A program made the translations under genes and the position numbers. A stretch of DNA of 64,000 bases, taken from assembly GCF_964188315.1 (NCBI RefSeq), contig NC_135657.1, forward strand, positions 38,564,001-38,628,000. The letters run 5' to 3'. The DNA comes from Podarcis muralis (Eukaryota). Below are positions 61,277 through 64,000 of this stretch, piece by piece. Each line of letters opens with the position of its first letter. Within the stretch, counting starts at the first letter, position 1. The notes below the pieces were generated by a model. The model was not told the DNA's origin, made no database searches, and saw nothing but the letters and a program-made list of their open reading frames with translations.

Positions 61277-61416
61277 GGATAGCTCAGCTGGTTAGAGCAT
61301 GGTGCTGATAACGCCAAGGTTGCAGGTTTGATCCCCATATAGGGCAGATGCATATTCCTGCATTGCAGGGAGTTGGACCAGATGATGGGGTCCTTTCCAA
61401 CTCTATGATTTTATGA
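61277..61416 (+). mobile_element. tRNA-derived SINE with CR1-type tail (family of 18211)
   Basis: GGATAGCTCAGCTGGTTAGAGC A box, GGTTTGATCC B box, CCTTTCCAACTCTATGATTTTATGA tail. Confidence 0.8.
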
Positions 61417-62676
61417 TCTAGAACAAAAAATATGAAGTATGGGAAACTTGTAAGCAGGGCAACGGCACCCTTCCCAATCCTTTGCATTGTACATGGCAAG
61501 CAATAACCCCCCCCCCCATTTTTGAACACCAGGAAAAGCCTGCCAGTATTGCACGTGGGATGTATTATTTGCACCCAGTAAGGTCTCTTGTTTGCTACTA
61601 TTTCTGAATTCTGTAGCACATGTTAAGCTTTAGCAATATACACCTATTTTTAAAAGGATGCACAAAAGGCATACTTTGCTTTCATTCGCTGTTTTCATTT
61701 CTTCCGAATCCTCTGAGAATCAGCCTGTATGGCTCTGTGATCCAAGGTCTTCTGGCAAGCTTGGACAAGAGATGAAGGAAGTAAGAGGAAAACGCCACAC
61801 TGCAGATTGTGGGCAGCAGCGTAGGCACTCAGACACAGCATTAGATTATTTACTCTTAACAACCTGCAAGGGAACAATCTGCATGAGACTGCAATGGTAT
61901 CAGCCCTCAGTGGCCAATGAGGTACCAGAGAAATGTGGAGTGATCACAGACAAAGCCAGGAGAAGGAGGAGGAGTGCCCTAAAGCCCTGACCGAATTCTG
62001 GCAGCCCCAGACACACTGTTAGACTGCCCGTGGGAGGTGCTGTGAATGTGCAGAAAATTTGGCTACATAATATCCTATAAGTGGACGATTTAACTAATAC
62101 ACAAATAGCTTTATGGCCCTGAGAATGAGCTGATTTATCATGATCTTCACAGCTTCGGGGCAATAATGTGCTGCTCTGAGACAGAGGAAGATTGAGAAAA
62201 GTTGAACTAGCCCAGTGCCTAGGAAATGGAATTGGACTTAGCTGTTGATGTTATTAATGCCTTGTTCCTACTCAGACCCTGACTGTGATTAGCTAGTGTT
62301 GGTGCACCCAAGTCATGGATTTTTCAGACAGGCAAGCCCCTCCCCACATAATGAAGCACAAGATGCGGCGCGCACACACCATTTGGCTGGCAATGCCCTT
62401 CAACTTGGGGTGGTGGTAGTCCTGGCTCCCTTAAGTATTTTATTGGGGTGGGCCAAAGGGACCTCAGCCTCTAGTAGAATGGTATGCAACCATTCTGTTG
62501 GTGAGAGGTGAACATCCCTTCCACAGTGTGAACTGAATAGCTGCTGGATCAGTTCCACCTAATCCAGTATCTCTAGCCATGGCCAGACAGATGACACCAT
62601 CCCAAGCAGGGCACCATGGCAATAGCTGTTCCCTGTTGTTTGCTCCTAGATTGTAACAAGTGGGATTAGCGGGGCG

Positions 62677-62836
62677 CAGTGGCGTAGCGTGGGTTGTCAG
62701 CACCCGGGGCAAGGCAAGTAATTTGCGCCCCCTAACCCGTGGATTTGTGCCCCCTAACCTGTGGATTTGCCACCTAACCCCAGATGTTGCGCCCGGTGCG
62801 GCCGGCCCCCCCTGCACCCCCCATGCTACGCCACTG
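62677..62836. mobile_element. hAT MITE
   Basis: TIRs CAGTGGCGTAGC / GCTACGCCACTG; perfect 8-bp TSD GCGGGGCG (62669-62676, 62837-62844). Confidence 0.92.
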
Positions 62837-63055
62837 GCGGGGCGGGATGGGGGGGACAAGCTGCTGTGTAATATATTCCTGTTCAGGGTTCCAACCAGAC
62901 AACCAATCCGCCACCAACCAAACCTTTTGCTGGAGACCACAGGAAGGAAGAGTTCTAGTGTGGGGCTGTCTGACAGGCATCTGGTTGGCCACTGTGAGAA
63001 AAGGCTGCTAGACTAGATGGCTATTAGCTTGATCCAGCAGCACCTGCTTACATTA

Positions 63056-63281
63056 CAGTGGTACCTTGGGATACAGACGCTTCAGGTTACAGACTCCACT
63101 AACCCAGAAATAGCACCTTGGGCTAAGAACTTTGCTTCAGGATGAGAACAGAAATCGCTCGGCGGCGGCATGGTGGCAGCAGGAGGCCTCATTAGCTAAA
63201 GTGGTACCTCAGGTTAAGAACAGTTTCAGGTTAAGAACAGACCTCCAGAACAAATTAAGTTCTTAACCCGAGGTACCACTG
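63056..63281. mobile_element. Tc1/mariner MITE, copy 4
   Basis: Same TIRs as 39760, TA on both sides. Confidence 0.92.
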
Positions 63282-63730
63282 TATTATGTTATGTTCATAC
63301 CATCTTCCAGGATACTGCAGACCTGTGGATTCCCTTCAACTTGCTGATAACTCCCTCTTGTGCATTGATAGGTTGGGCTATATAAAGATCTGTGATTGGC
63401 AAACGGAGCTTGCTATTAGCATATAGGATAAAAGGTAATGCTGTAGCTCAGTGGTAGAACTTGACTTTCTTTGCATGAAAAAGACCCCAGGTCTTAGCTA
63501 GGTCTTAGCTACTTGAATTGGAAAAAGGCCTTTTGCCCCAGAGCCTGTGGGGAGCTGCAGCTAAGCAGAATAGGCAGTACAGGGTCAGCCCATGGCCTTA
63601 TGTGCTAAAAGATAGTGTTGACAAGTAATCACTGCTGTAGTGCATGTGGAAGCCCCACTCTTAGATATCTTAGCAAATCATTGTCCATAGATCTTTCCTC
63701 CATGTGTACACCTAACCCTTTAAAAAACAA

Positions 63731-63746
63731 TGCCACCTAGTGGCAA
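63731..63746 (-). promoter_or_regulatory. Strong CTCF motif, reverse orientation
   Basis: Minus strand GCCACTAGGTGGCA matches the CTCF core. Confidence 0.6.
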
Positions 63747-64000
63747 TTATCACAATGAAGACACACCTCTTCGCTCTGGCTTCTGACCCAGAGACATATA
63801 TTTATAGGGCCTGGCTTATTTATGTGATTGTAAGTGGTTTTAAACTATTTTTAGCATTGTGTTTTAATTGTTGTAACCCACAGTGGGACCTTAGGATGAA
63901 GGATAGTAACTAATTATAATTAATCATCATCATCATCTTGTGATCATGAGATCCATCCTTGGTCAGGGAACCCAAACCAGTGGTGCAGCTACCTGCTTGG

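Noticed and set aside
61277-63500. tRNA-like sequences (also 18211, 29018, 40762)
   Set aside because: A and B boxes are present but there is no complete cloverleaf or terminator, and LINE-type tails follow; these are SINE heads, not tRNA genes.
1-64000. CRISPR arrays, prokaryotic operons, endogenous viral genes, VEGFA exons
   Set aside because: None seen. The sequence is eukaryotic with spliceosomal introns, and no ORF matched a viral protein or VEGFA that I recognise.

Overview
This is vertebrate genomic DNA from a squamate, most likely a lacertid lizard, judging by the Sauria SINE, Squam3-like SINE, Bov-B, CR1 and MITE content. It holds one complete protein-coding gene, MRPL14 (+ strand; coding exons 10439-10512 and 16456-16819, 145 aa, polyA signal 16887). 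MRPL14 is driven from a CpG-island promoter (~900-2420) that also appears to fire leftwards; the partner is probably TMEM63B, but that rests on synteny alone because no coding sequence of it is in the window. The remaining ~47 kb contains no recognisable coding exon. It carries dispersed retroposons and MITEs, two orphan CpG islands (~35.7-36.3 kb and ~57.0-58.25 kb) and several strong CTCF-like motifs; in human, the region 3' of MRPL14 is the VEGFA-side gene desert. Four observations stand out. (1) Short Penelope-like retroelement ends from two families carry minimal hammerhead-ribozyme motifs: one intact at 42322-42359 (-), one near-intact at 52041-52085 (+) and one rearranged at 32991-33127. 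They show TSDs, 5' inversions and a similar 86-100 nt distance from the predicted cleavage site to the 3' end. (2) An RTE > SINE > L1 nest has a 93-bp flanking duplication. (3) A predicted spliced uORF has its stop overlapping the MRPL14 start (TGATG). (4) A Sauria SINE head has decayed into a CTCF motif. Everything was read by eye: repeat family names are tentative and regulatory calls are motif-level only. I see no evidence of a wholly new system; hammerheads in Penelope-like elements are a known class, but these copies are testable.
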